64,000 bases of DNA from Octopus bimaculoides (GCF_001194135.2 NC_068993.1:19750436-19814435); one strand, 5' to 3'; positions 23,121 to 35,938 are shown, counted from the stretch's first letter. The notes: generated by a model from the sequence alone, not told the origin. Program-made: numbers and translations.

Positions 23121-24889
23121 CCTAATCGATAATATTTTATGATATTCAGTTAAATTTCTTTATTCTTTACACTGTGAGTTCAAATCCTGTTTATTATGAT
23201 TCATAATCCATTGCTCATAGTTAAAATGATAGCTGTATAATAATTTGGATATAATCCAATATAACTTCGAATATAGGGCAGGGCATAGCGATAGTCGAAT
23301 AAATGAAGTAGTTAAGGAAATAGTAAAAGAAGTACAATGAAGGAAGGAGGTGGGAGAATTATTTTAGAATACTGAGAAAAAAAAAAAGGATTTGGTTAAG
23401 TCTGTTATCTTTCCAGTTGAAATCCCGTCGGATTTTACTTCCTTGGTCGATGAAAAATATACCAGAAATATAAGGTGGTCGATTTGACCAACTGATTCCA
23501 CTTCCAAAAACTTCCATATTCGTGTAGGGAATCAGTTAATGCAGGTGGAGCAGAAACTTGACTGATACTTTCAGTTAGATCTGTCAAGCATCATTTGGCA
23601 ATTAATTGAAACTTGCAGATGTATTTGTTTCCCACCAACTAAAACAAGCAGTTATCGGTCAAAATGTGTCACATGGTCAAATATGTGATAAGACAGAATT
23701 ATTATTGGATAGGCATATATGATGTAAAATCATCCAGTCTAGACCAATAAGTCATCAAATAGCAGTTATTCTTCGATGCTTGTTAGGTTTGATTGCCACA
23801 GAATTGAATCTGTACTTCCTTGATCTATTAAAGTAAGGACTTTCTTTATAATACTTCATATTACTGGAGGATATTCTGGCCCTTGGCCCCTTCGTTGATG
23901 ACGAATTTTGACAAAGATTTGGACCTCCTCCTCTTTTGATCTCAATAGGTGCAGATGCACCCTTATTAACTTGAGGCAAAGACAAGATTTTGAGACATCA
24001 ACTTCCAAAAGAATTACACGATACCCTTCAAACATTCTTCCGAATATTTGCAAGTAAAACAAAGAGCAACACTTTAAACTCATGATTAACATCATTAAAA
24101 CCAAATGAAAACACTCTCCTGCTTATAGCATCATACACAGAGGCGATGAGATTAATTCCCAACTAAAAACAGATACTGCGTGGAACAATCTTCTCCATGC
24201 TCAAATCTTATATTACTCTTAAAGAACACAAATCAAGTTTGTCCTCCGGCTTCAAATGCATATTAACCAAATCTTCTACATTTTCGCCGAATTAAACTCA
24301 ATCACTAGGAGATGTATGAGACAAGAATAATAAGATTGTTATACTTTTTTTTTTTACTTAGTGGTATCATGGATTCGGAAACTAGCTGTTATGCAGATTT
24401 ACTTGACATTGTGAATTTGTATCCTTCTGTTTCTAAATCCCTCTTCCTGAAATTCTAAAATCCACTGCAGTTATCGATTTTGTTTCCAGAATAATAATGA
24501 AGCCTAAGAAATAACTGTCATTACTAGAAGGTTTCTACTGAAACAACAAGAAGGTTAATAATTTGTTTCCACACCTTCATTGATAGTTACAATGAAGTTG
24601 AGATAGTTGACCGCACGGTATTGTTCGTTCTTGGCATCCTCAGAGGGCACGCACTTACTTTCCATAACTACTGATTACAAAGAGATGACAGTTTAAAAGT
24701 CTCATGTGATATGAATGAATATGCTATGAATACATTTAGTAAGGACTGAATACGATTATCTAAGGAATTTTATTTAAACGTAACTATTTGTTCTAACTTA
24801 ACTGTAGCAAGCTTCTTAAACAGAGCATTAAATTTAAACACAAACAAACACAAGTACTACAGAAAGTCTTATGAAGACACCATAGGCAG

Positions 24890-25480
24890 GCACACAATAT
24901 CAACCACCCTCCTGTCATAATTAAGAGACTTGCAGAAGGGGTAAGTAGGAGTGTTTCTGATCACTGCTTCGACAGGAAACCATTTAACAAGTTTATCACA
25001 ACTATTATGACACACTAGCCAGGAGTGAGAAGGTAGTAGATACAGGCAACTCAAACACTCACGCGAGAATAAATAAACTGAGAAAGATAATTTAGTTCTA
25101 TCAGCCATTCAACTTCATTGCTACAAGCAATTTAAGCAGAAGTTTCCTGGGACTCACAAGATAGCATTTTCCAATCAGACATAATTACAACGAATTTTCA
25201 GCGCACATAATGGTAAGATCAGAGGTTTTTGCATACACAACGTCATTATTAGATCACACACTATAACTGAAAGCACGCAATCTCTACGGACCTTAAACCA
25301 ACACCCAACTATGTCTATACCCTTCTTACTGCCGACTCAGTGAATCATGTTTTTCCAAAACAATGCATCGACCATCTACAAAAGCCTGGGACTATATTGT
25401 AGAGAATGACGCGGGATTCACTATATTGTAGAGAATGACACGGCATTTACAGAGATCGCTTTCAGTTTATAAATAAGCAC
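24890..25480 (+). mobile_element. Degenerate Penelope-like element relic (second lineage)
   Basis: NHPPVIIKRLAEGVSRSVS, RKII*FYQPF...NLSRSFL...HFP and a YI(V)EN..AF..DRF remnant of YIGET. Confidence 0.6.
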
Positions 25481-26219
25481 TGGGACCAAGGATCGAAGCC
25501 CCACAGCAATATAGAATATTGTGAACAAAGCCAAACTGTCGATAGCAGGTTTTGCCTATCTGAAATATTCATTGTATGAAATCAAATAAAACATAGCTTA
25601 TATATATATATATATNNNNNNNNNNNNNNNNNNNNNNNNNNNNNNNNNNNNNNNNNNNNNNNNNNNNNNNNNNNNNNNNNNNNNNNNNNNNNNNNNNNNN
25701 NNNNNNNNNNNNNNNNNNNNNNNNNNNNNNNNNNNNNNNNNNNNNNNNNNNNNNNNNNNNNNNNNNNNNNNNNNNNNNNNNNNNNNNNNNNNNNNNNNNN
25801 NNNNNNNNNNNNNNNNNNNNNNNNNNNNNNNNNNNNNNNNNNNNNNNNNNNNNNNNNNNNNNNNNNNNNNNNNNNNNNNNNNNNNNNNNNNNNNNNNNNN
25901 NNNNNNNNNNNNNNNNNNNNNNNNNNNNNNNNNNNNNNNNNNNNNNNNNNNNNNNNNNNNNNNNNNNNNNNNNNNNNNNNNNNNNNNNNNNNNNNNNNNN
26001 NNNNNNNNNNNNNNNNNNNNNNNNNNNNNNNNNNNNNNNNNNNNNNNNNNNNNNNNNNNNNNNNNNNNNNNNNNNNNNNNNNNNNNNNNNNNNNNNNNNN
26101 NNNNNNNNNNNNNNNNNNNNNNNNNNNNNNNNNNNNNNNNNNNNNNNNNNNNNNNNNNNNNNNNNNNNNNNNNNNNNNNNNNNNNNNNNNNNNNNNNNNN
26201 NNNNNNNNNNNNNNNNNNN

Positions 26220-26830
26220 TATATAAGTATATGATTATAAAATATTATTATAATTAAGAGCTCTAAATTGCCAGCGCCTATGCGTTAAAAGTAGATGTCA
26301 AATACCTACAATCCACTCTAAATTAGTTCTCTAGCCACTGATATAATCATTTTAATGACGATATCCTTAATTTATAAGTATAAATATTTTTTTAGTTCTC
26401 TAGTCATTACATTATACTGCGGGATTGTATTTACCCTGTATGATTTCTGACATTAACCACATGGTGGAGAGGGGCTAGTAGACAGAATGTATACGGAGCA
26501 ACTGCATGTATATATTGGTGTCTACGAATATATTTATCGGTATGTATATATATATTTTTTGTTTATATGCTTATCGGTGTATTTCTACAGAGGACCGCAA
26601 AGCAATTTCTATTGCAGAGCATGAAATCTTAAGATACAGGATTATCCGAAAGTTTAAAATCTTCTTGCCGATTACCTTGCATCCGACCTAGGGTTATAAA
26701 TAGAGGACTAATTTAGAGTGGATTGTAGGTATTTGACATCTACTTCTAGCGTATAGGCGCTGGCATTCCAGAACCCTTAACTATAATTATTTTTTCAAAA
26801 TTATGTACTTAAAAATTAATTTTACCGATA
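26220..26830. mobile_element. Fold-back / MITE-like element with long terminal inverted repeats
   Basis: 26269-26333 and 26701-26765 are inverted with 4 mismatches in 65 nt; looser inverted similarity continues to the gap on the left and to about 26815 on the right. Confidence 0.75.
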
Positions 26831-26887
26831 GGGTCACTTTTTATATTCTCAGTTTATAAATATATGTATATGTATATGTATATATAT

Positions 26888-27595
26888 GAATTTTATCATT
26901 ATTAATAAATTATAGGGTAGCAAAAAAATTTTAGAAATTTTATTTACCACCAGTGGTCTAGCGAGAGTAAAGAAACAGTCAATAGACTATGTATTATTCA
27001 TTTAAAATGCAGAGATGCCTATAATAGGACATCTAACCCGCTAGAAATAGCAGCAAAAGACTACATACCACAAAAATTAGGGATAATTTCGAAAGGGAAT
27101 GAAAATTTAAAACATTTACCAATCTATATTCTGTACCATGGTTTCAAGTCAATTTTAGTAAGATAAAAATTATATATCTTACAAGGTCGGACTATCATCA
27201 GCAGAAATGACCAGACAACATATGAAGCACGAGTCAATAAGCAGCATGGTTCGTGTTCCTATGTCTAATTTTTCAAAACATACCGCGTATTTGCGGTTTA
27301 CTAATCGGCAACAAATACAAAAATGCCGATTTTCTTTCAGAAAATTAGCCAAAAAGAATTTTATCATTATTAATAAATTATAGGGTAGCAAAAAAATTTT
27401 AGAAATTTTATTTATCACCGGTGGTCTAGCGAGAGTACAGAAACAATCAATAGACTATGTATTATTCATTTAAAATGCAGAGATGCCTATAATAGGACAT
27501 CTAACCCGCTAGAAATAGCAGCAAAAGACTACATACCACAAAAATTAGGGATAATTTCGAAAGGGAATGAAAAATAAAAACATTTACCAATCTAT
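26888..27595 (+). repeat. Two near-identical 240-bp direct repeats (26888-27127, 27356-27595) around a 228-bp unique core
   Basis: Direct comparison; offset 468 bp; TA-rich microsatellite on both outer sides. Confidence 0.9.
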
Positions 27596-27809
27596 GTATA
27601 TATATGTATATATATGTATATATATGTATAGAAATTCAAATTACGATAATCGTAAACAAACAAACGAAGTTTGCATTTAGAAGCGTTGAGATGTCTTAGA
27701 AAGTTAAAGAAGTGATTTTAAATTCTCACTCACGGGATAATGCTAATAATATAGCCTGAACAGGATAAACTACGCCTATTTTGCAGAAAAAAGTGTAGAT
27801 GTATATAGA

Positions 27810-27845
<36 letters not shown>

Positions 27846-27846
<1 letters not shown>

Positions 27847-27996
27847 AGCATCTTTCAGTTTTCATCTACCGAATCCACTCATAGTGCTTTGGTTGGCCCG
27901 CGGTTATAGTAGAAGACACTTGCCCAAGGAGCCACGCAGTGGGACTGAACCCAGAACCATGTGGTTGGAAAGCTAGCTTCATACCACATATGCAGG
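27846..27996 (-). mobile_element. SINE family C head
   Basis: TAGTAGAAGACACTTGCCCAAGG...GCAGTGGGACTGAACCC...ACCATGTGGTTGG. Confidence 0.8.
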
Positions 27997-28395
27997 TGTA
28001 GTGAATGTAAAATAGTTGTGTGCATATTATATTTGACAAAATGGTGTACAAACGCTCATGTCTGAATGACATTACACTTCCTTGAATCTGAATAAGCAGA
28101 GCTATTTACTCAAGCATACATATGAACTCATACAATTACATACACTCATCTGTTATCTATATCTCAATTCTTCACACATGCATATTTATCAGAACATCGT
28201 ATGCATTCGTTCGATTGATTACGTACAACTCATATAATTGCAAATACATATATACATGCAAATATGCATCAATATTTCAATATTTTATCCGAGTGCAATG
28301 AGATAAACGTACATCGCATTGCAACGCACGTAACTCAAATGCAGATTATTAAAATTAAATACACACTGTTGTTATTGCATACAAATATGTATGTA

Positions 28396-28429
<34 letters not shown>

Positions 28430-29051
28430 NNNNNNNNNNNNNNNNNNNNNNNNNNNNNNNNNNNNNNNNNNNNNNNNNNNNNNNNNNNNNNNNNNNNNNN
28501 NNNNNNNNNNNNNNNNNNNNNNNNNNNNNNNNNNNNNNNNNNNNNNNNNNNNNNNNNNNNNNNNNNNNNNNNNNNNNNNNNNNNNNNNNNNNNNNNNNNN
28601 NNNNNNNNNNNNNNNNNNNNNNNNNNNNNNNNNNNNNNNNNNNNNNNNNNNNNNNNNNNNNNNNNNNNNNNNNNNNNNNNNNNNNNNNNNNNNNNNNNNN
28701 NNNNNNNNNNNNNNNNNNNNNNNNNNNNNNNNNNNNNNNNNNNNNNNNNNNNNNNNNNNNNNNNNNNNNNNNNNNNNNNNNNNNNNNNNNNNNNNNNNNN
28801 NATATATATACTTTCATCCACACACGCGTATATGTATTTATTTATATATATATATGTATATTTGTGCGTGCATGTATGCATGTATACTTACTCGTGATTT
28901 TATAAAAGTATTTCCAAACACATTCGTATGCATTCAGTGTCACGCCAAGTTATATACAGCTCCGTGCAATGTTAACGTTATATACAATCCCACACTTATA
29001 GCAGTGTAATGCATAAGTATATACTTACGTACTCGGATAATGGCATTTATA

Positions 29052-29894
29052 CGAAGAGTACCCAAAACAAACCGGAATCCTGCAATATTATTTTATTCAC
29101 TTAATTCTACATGTTTACACTTTTATCGCCTTCAAAGTATTCTACATTCGATGCAATGCATTCGGTCCAAAAACGTTTTCCACTGTTCGAAACAGTGCTA
29201 GAACTCTTTGCGAAGTGATGCCTATTAACGACTCCGTCGTTTATTTATTTATTTTTTTTCTTACCCTCTTCCACATCTCCAAATTCCGTTGCACCAACTT
29301 TCGTCACCAGTGATCAACTTCCAACTGTTCTTTTTCAGTTCACGACACACATTCACACATCTTCCATGAGCAAGCAACACACAAATTTTACTGCAACTCT
29401 TTTCATTCGCAGTTCCTCATTCAAAATCCGTCAGCAGGATCTCCAGTTCGTCAATTGTTCGGTGACGTCCTCCAATTTCAGTTCATGAATTCGTTCAAGA
29501 GATCGACGTTCGCTCTGAACGAGGTTGGTCCTCAGGCGACAAGTGTCCGTTCCTAAAGCGTGAAAACTACCAGTAAAATTGTGTTTTGCTCATGGCAGCG
29601 GTCTTGTAAGCTGTTTGAAGCATGATAACTGTTTCGGTTGCCATTTTTCCCAGCAGAAGCCAAATTTCACGGAAGCCCGTTGTTCCTTCGTTTCAGCCGT
29701 TGCAAAAATCGACGAGCATGGAAGTAGTAATATAAAACAAAAATGCACCACGTGACAGTATGATCCTACTGAACAACTCCGGTCAGCAGACTGATGCCTG
29801 AGGGTCGCATCAAGTGGGTTCTAACGGCGGAAGCTTGAAATACAATGGGCTTGGCTCACAGAGAACGTTTCCGGTTACTTTTGGGTACCTCTCG
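29052..29894 (-). mobile_element. Internally deleted mariner element with both TIRs and TA target duplication
   Basis: Ends TA|CGAAGAGTACCCAAAACAAACCGGAA and TTCCGGTTACTTTTGGGTACCTCTCG|TA; EQRASVKF/LLGKMATETVIMLQTAYK...MSKTQ...FSRFRNG, MKRVAVKFV and C-terminal CFEQWK...YFEGD; catalytic region missing. Confidence 0.92.
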
Positions 29895-30822
29895 TATATA
29901 TAAATATCCTTTTGCAGTTGTTTTCACACAAACACTCTGCATAAACATGCAAACATTTTATATACACCACCACACACTTTCATTTTAAATACACAATTGC
30001 ATATAACTGCAAGCGTGCGCATTAGAATATATGCAGTCATTTCTTTAGAAATCATTCAAACATAGTCATATACGCATATATGCATACAAACATATATGGT
30101 TACGTACATACATGCATATATGCATTCATATATACATATACACATAGTTGCATATATACATTTGTGCATGCCTGTTTACATACACACATCTCAACAATAC
30201 ACCCATGTTCAGACTGTCGGAGAAACATTTAATATCGACAGATGCCACTTTACACATTAAAAGTTTTGTATTACACAATTTGTCAATATTCAATAGAATA
30301 TCGATTTTGTGGTTAGCATTGATATAGGTAAGCTCCCAGCTGAATAATCTTTGTGTACAGTATCCACTGCTAGTTGTAGTTATTTCACTTCATTATTTTA
30401 TCTTATTATCAATGAATGAACTACCGAAGTAGAGTAAAATGTATTATAAACACTGATTTAAAACAGAAAAGAGAAACAGCGACATGTTTCTCTTTTGTGT
30501 TTCAAAATATTACGTTGTGTGTTTCTATTGTTTATGAGAAAAACAAGAATGGCTCACAAAATCATTTTTTCATTCCTTATTTCTATAGGTGGTATGGAAA
30601 ACATCTATCAACATTTTGGCAATAATGGTACAGTATTACAAAAAAAAGAGAAGTAATCAGGTATTCGAAACACGAGGTAGTGTTTTCAGAGGTACTTTCG
30701 TAATACATCTGTTCTTGGGTAAGGTACGAAAGTCACGCAAACTTATTTTCACTCATTACATCTGAGCTATTATACCTCGTCAAGAGAAAAGGATTTATTA
30801 ATCTTGTCGGTAGATACTGAAA

Positions 30823-30823
30823 A

Positions 30824-30901
<78 letters not shown>
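30823..30901 (+). repeat. (AAT)n microsatellite
   Basis: Direct reading. Confidence 0.97.
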
Positions 30902-30902
<1 letters not shown>

Positions 30903-31926
30903 TTAACTCCTTACTGAAGTATTTCTATTTTCTACCGTACGCAGCTGAAGTTGGTGAAAAATAAATTACTTTCATAGAATATAAATTTTCGTCCTTTTAT
31001 AAACGTTAAGAGATCCTTATTTAGCAGGGCAAAAATTAATAGCATATATATTTAGTGGTTCAGAAATACTTTCCAATATGCCTTCCAAGAATATTTACTT
31101 ATATCACGAGATATTTTTGGATACACTCTTGCTATGTTCATAAAATAAGGACTGTTAGCTTTTGTGTTGTCCCTATTCATAATATACCTCATATAAAAAT
31201 GCATGATCTTATGCTAATACAAGAAATCAATTTTTGCTTTTTCTGGAGAATTCTCTCTTATGAATCAGTCTTCCGGAGTGTGGAGGATACGATCAAATTT
31301 CAGTTTCTGTAACTATTTCTCATTTGTTAATATGAGTTGCTAATATTGACTACTAGAACAAGAACAAAGTCATATTAAAAAGGTATAATCAATTAAGCCA
31401 GCAATGGTATTTGACTTGTACTTTACTTTATCGATCCCAGAAGGAGGAAAAATGAATTTGCTATTGATGAGATTTGATTTCAAAATGTGAAAAGTTGTAA
31501 CTATACACTGCAGATCATTTTGTACCCTGCACTACTGCTTCTGCCCAAACCACCGTTACTTGCTAATATTGGAAGCAATTTAGTGCTATATATTGATTCC
31601 GCGGAAGTAGTAGTGCAGGTTTTATTCTTTAGCTCTTCAGAAGAGACCGAATTAGTTGAAACCTGAGAGGAATTCTTTAATGCAATGGTGTCATTAAGTT
31701 GATCTTTGCCTCCCAGATTTTGTTAAAAACGGGCACCAGTAAGATACCGCAGTCGATACAATTGACAAAACTATGCCCTAACAAATTATTCCTCTGATAC
31801 TTATCGAAAGATGTATGTTTTAAGAAACAAATTGGCAAATTTTTTAAGATAAGTTTCAGTTGAACTCATTCTGGGAATTAATTCTTTCTTTACTTGACTT
31901 TGTAAGGAGTACTATATGTCAGTTAC

Positions 31927-32002
31927 CTTCTTCTTCTTCTTCTTCTTCTTCTTCTTCTTCTTCTTCTTCTTCTTCTTCTTCTTCTTCTTCTTCTTCTTCT
32001 TC

Positions 32003-32078
<76 letters not shown>
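31927..32078 (+). repeat. Compound (CTT)n(ATT)n microsatellite
   Basis: Direct reading; source of the spurious poly-S/poly-I ORFs. Confidence 0.97.
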
Positions 32079-32080
<2 letters not shown>

Positions 32081-32275
32081 GGCAGCGAGCTGGCATAGTT
32101 GTTAGCACGCTGGGTGAAATGCTTAGCCGTATTTCGTCTGCCACTACGTTCTTAGTTCAAATTCCATCGAGGTCGACTTGCCTTTCATCCTACCGGGGTC
32201 GATGAATTAAGTACCAGTGAAACACTAGGGTCCCCTATCCCCAAAATTTCAGGCCATTTATCTACAGTAGAAAGC
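32079..32275 (+). mobile_element. SINE family B
   Basis: AAGGCAGCGAGCTGGC...AGTTCAAATTCC...GTCGACTTGCCTTTCATCC...TAGAAAG. Confidence 0.85.
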
Positions 32276-33045
32276 ATTATTATTTTATGTTTGACTTTTG
32301 CTTTGCTTTGTACAAGTTGGCTCCAAGTCTCACCCGAAGACCTCAAGAGAAACGAGTTAGAAGTTCATGTTGGTGTTATGCCTAGGGTGCCACATATTTG
32401 GTTTTGTACATAGCACTGTTCTAGAGAATGTTTGAGAAACCATAAGAAAATTATGTGTTTGTTTTAAAATTTGAGATTACATAGAAAGTATTTTGCGTAG
32501 GATATGGGCAGTTTCCATGAGCACTATCTTTTGATTTTTGCCATTTTGGGGTTTCCTGGTATCTGAGCTAGGTAGTAATCAGCCCCTTTTGCTATTATTC
32601 CTAGGGCACTAATGACAACAGGTATTGTTTTAGTCTTCAGGTTTTGCTAATTTCTCTTTCAAGATCTTTATACTTGCTCAGTTTTTGGTCGGTCTTGACA
32701 GATACATTTATATCAACTGGGACAGTCATATCAATAAGGAGGCATGATTTTTGTCTGAAGTCTTTCAATATGATGTCTGGCCTATTTGCATATGTCTTTC
32801 TGTCAGTTTGAATAGTGAAGTTCCAGAGGAGTGAGATGCGATCATTTTCAATACTGGGGGTGGTTTGTGTTCCCACTAGTTTTTATCATGGCGCAAGGCC
32901 AGGTTTTTGCAAATTATCCAGTGAATATATTGTGCAGCTCTATCATGTTTGTTGAGATACTCTGTAGGCGCAAGAAAACTGCACATGAAGACAACATGAT
33001 CAATGATCTCATTTTGTTTTTGACATACACGAATAGTTCAGCTCA
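32276..33045 (-). mobile_element. R4/Dong-like LINE 3' end (CCHC knuckle + PD-(D/E)xK restriction-like endonuclease + 3' UTR)
   Basis: CRVCQKQNEIIDHVVFMC...KHDRAAQYIHW...LLWNFTIQTDRKTYANRPDII...IDMTVP...KYKDL...TAHILRK; short AAT tail. Confidence 0.88.
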
Positions 33046-33383
33046 GTTTAATAGTTTCAGTATTAAGAGTGAAACTATTAAACTGAAAGTATCTCACATT
33101 ACAATAGAGAGATAATATTGTTTCACTTCTGGCACATAATACTGAAATAGTGTAAGAGATAAGAGATTGCACCGGGCTTGTATTTGGCAATAAGCTGAAA
33201 ATTGTTTTGGCCCATGACACTGCATGGACCCTAAGTAAGGCATGTATAAAATTCTGAATGAAATCGTTTGGGTAGTTCTCGAGTCTTAGGGATTCACCCA
33301 GACACACTCACAGACAGACAGACAAACACGCAGACAGACGCACATTTTCTTTATATGTTAGGATAATAGTTCTTTCTACTGGT

Positions 33384-33575
33384 TAATATAGAAAGGATTG
33401 AGGTAACTCCTCCTGAAGATATAGAGTCAAAATTAAAAGATAGCAAATTTATTTTTTGAACCAGTGGAAGACACGCAAGATGTCGAAGTATTGTTCACAA
33501 GATAGCAAATGGCACTCTTCTTTTAATTTTGACTCTATATCTTCAGGAGGAGTAACCTCAATCCTTTTTATATTA
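33384..33575. repeat. 57-bp inverted repeat with 78-nt spacer
   Basis: 33384-33440 vs 33519-33575, two mismatches. Confidence 0.9.
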
Positions 33576-33595
33576 ATAATAATAATAATAATAAT

Positions 33596-33960
33596 AATGA
33601 TGATGATGGTTTCAAATTTTGCCACAAGTGCAGCCATTTTTGGTGGGAGGAGATACGTCGATTACATTAACCCCAGTGTTTCACTGATACTTAATTTATC
33701 GACCCCGAAAGGATGAAAAGCAAAGTCGACCTCGGCGGAATTTGAACTCAGAGGTCAACTTTGCCTTTCATAATAATAATAATCCTTTCTACTGGAAGCG
33801 CAAGGCCTCAAATTTGGGGGAAGGGATTAAGTCGATTACATCGACCTCTGTGCGTAACTGGTACTTTTTTAATCGACCCCGAAAGGATTAATGCCAAAGT
33901 CGACCTCGGCAGAATTTGAAATCAGAGGTTGACTCTGCCTTTCATAATAATAATAATAAT
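33596..33960 (-). mobile_element. Two tandem SINE-B derivatives whose tRNA head is replaced by an inverted copy of internal sequence
   Basis: 33713-33733 pairs with 33751-33771 (19/21); the same junction recurs at 33894-33945; copies are separated by (AAT)n. Confidence 0.8.
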
Positions 33961-34758
33961 AATGATGTTTTTTAACTTTGATACAAAGAAATCACAGATA
34001 TTATGTGAGGTAATAATTAAATCAATGTCAGTATATAATTTATAATTAGTATATATTTTATTGATTCCAGTGGGCAAAAATGTCTACGATATAATACGAG
34101 CTCAAACCTGAAGGAATCAAAACTGAAGAATACGAATCGTTTAGCCTGGCGTCTAAGTCTCATGATCATCCTACTATTAATAACATCCTCATTCTTCTCT
34201 TTGTTTCTTAATTACATCTCAGTTTAAATGCTTTTAGAATTTATTTATAGCTTGTTTGAAAACTAAAAAGAATTCGTATAAATTCTTTACCTGCCCCATT
34301 TCACAACATATTGCATATTTCAACAGAGCTATGGTTTGATGTGGAAAAATCGAATTGTTTGTGTGAAATGGTGAAATGAAAAGATATATTTTCAGAATTC
34401 TTTCAACTGGTTTTAAAACAAATTTTAATTCATGCTAGACGTTCTTTAGAAACCTATGAATTTATAATAGATCATTTCATTTATTGTTAGTATCCGATAA
34501 TAGCATTATTTTCTTACTTATAATATGCAAAAGAAGTCTTTGATAGCAGTATGGTGCCAAAATAAACGAAGAAGGTAGTGAATTTTCAATTCATAATACG
34601 TAATTCTGTGCAAGTTATAATTAATTCGTTGAGACTTTGGACAAAATTTTACATAGGAACGGTAGTGTGACTATATTTCTTGCGAAATACATACACGCGA
34701 TCTACAGTTCATTCTGCTAGTGTTAACTAAATACCCAACCGAGATCAAAAGATATGTG

Positions 34759-35270
34759 AAAAACTTAACTAAAAAGACAAATTACCACTGCATCTAAGTG
34801 GATGTGGAATTGCTGTGAGGTGCAATTTAAGGCCCCCAAAATCCTTGGGGTAAGACCGTACTCAGGAATAATAGCATGAATATATTTCCTGTGAAATACA
34901 TTCATGCTAACTGCGCTTCATTCGACTTCAGTTAGATAAATACACCATTGAAAACATAAGATTCCTGGGAAACTTTACTAAAATGACAAGTTACCTCAGT
35001 AGCTAAGTGGATATAGAATTGCACAGAAGTGCATTTTAAGACCCCAAAACTCTTGAAAGAGGTCACTTATAATACAAAATGGCCTCAGAGTTTGGACAGG
35101 ACTTTACGCGGGAATGATAGCATGATACCTGCGCTTTATTCTACTTCAGTTAGATAAAAACACCTTTGAAAACATAAGATTCATGAAAACTTTACTAAAA
35201 ACTAACATACAGCAGTGGTAGCACATTTTGAGGCCTCAGAATCTTTGAATGAGGCCAGTTGTGAGGCAAA
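34759..35270. repeat. Diverged tandem repeat, about 210-bp unit, 2.4 copies
   Basis: Units start near 34759, 34969 and 35185 with shared ACTT(T/A)ACTAAAA and CTTCAGTTAGATAAA...GAAAACATAAGATTC blocks. Confidence 0.75.
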
Positions 35271-35476
35271 ACTAATTTTCTGTGTGAGACAGTTCTAAAA
35301 TGAATAAAAGCAAATCAGTTCATTCACTTTTCCTGTGTCTTTCAGAAAAACAGAAACGTTAAACATGTTTGTCCCTGTCTCTTATGCTGGGTGGATCAAA
35401 AGTCAAAACATTTGACTATTTTGTATATGCACCAACACACTTGACTATTTTGTATAAGTTATTATCCTTTTTTTTT

Positions 35477-35938
35477 TAAGGTGGTGAGCTGGCAGAATCG
35501 TTAGCATGCCGGAAAAAACGCTTAGCGGCAATCCGTCTATCTTTATGTTCTGAGTTCAAATTCCACCGAGGCCGACTTTGCTTTTCATCCTTTCGGGGTC
35601 GATGAAATAAGTACCAGTGAATCAATGAAGTCGATGTAATGAGCAATGGGGTCGATGTAATCAACTAGTCCCCCTCCTCCCAATTTAGGTGCTGTGCCTA
35701 TAGTCGAAAGGAAGGTGGTGAGCAGACAACATTGTTAGCGCACCGGATAAAATGCTTAGCGGTATTTCATCCGTCTCCACGTTCTGAGTTCAAATTCCGA
35801 CGAGGTTGACTTTGCCTATCATCCTTTCGGGGTCGATAAATTAAATACCAGTGAAACACTGACGTCGATGTGATCGACTAGTTCCCTCCCCGTAAATTTC
35901 AGTCCTTGTGCCTTTAGTAAGAAGGATCATTATTATTG
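35477..35938 (+). mobile_element. Two head-to-tail SINE family B copies
   Basis: AAGGTGGTGAGC...GAGTTCAAATTCC...CATCCTTTCGGGGTCGAT occurs twice; second copy starts near 35710. Confidence 0.88.

Noticed and set aside
33596-35938. Regularly recurring repeats that might suggest a CRISPR-like array
   Set aside because: They are SINE copies and diverged tandem units in a eukaryotic context, with no constant repeat-spacer periodicity and no cas genes.
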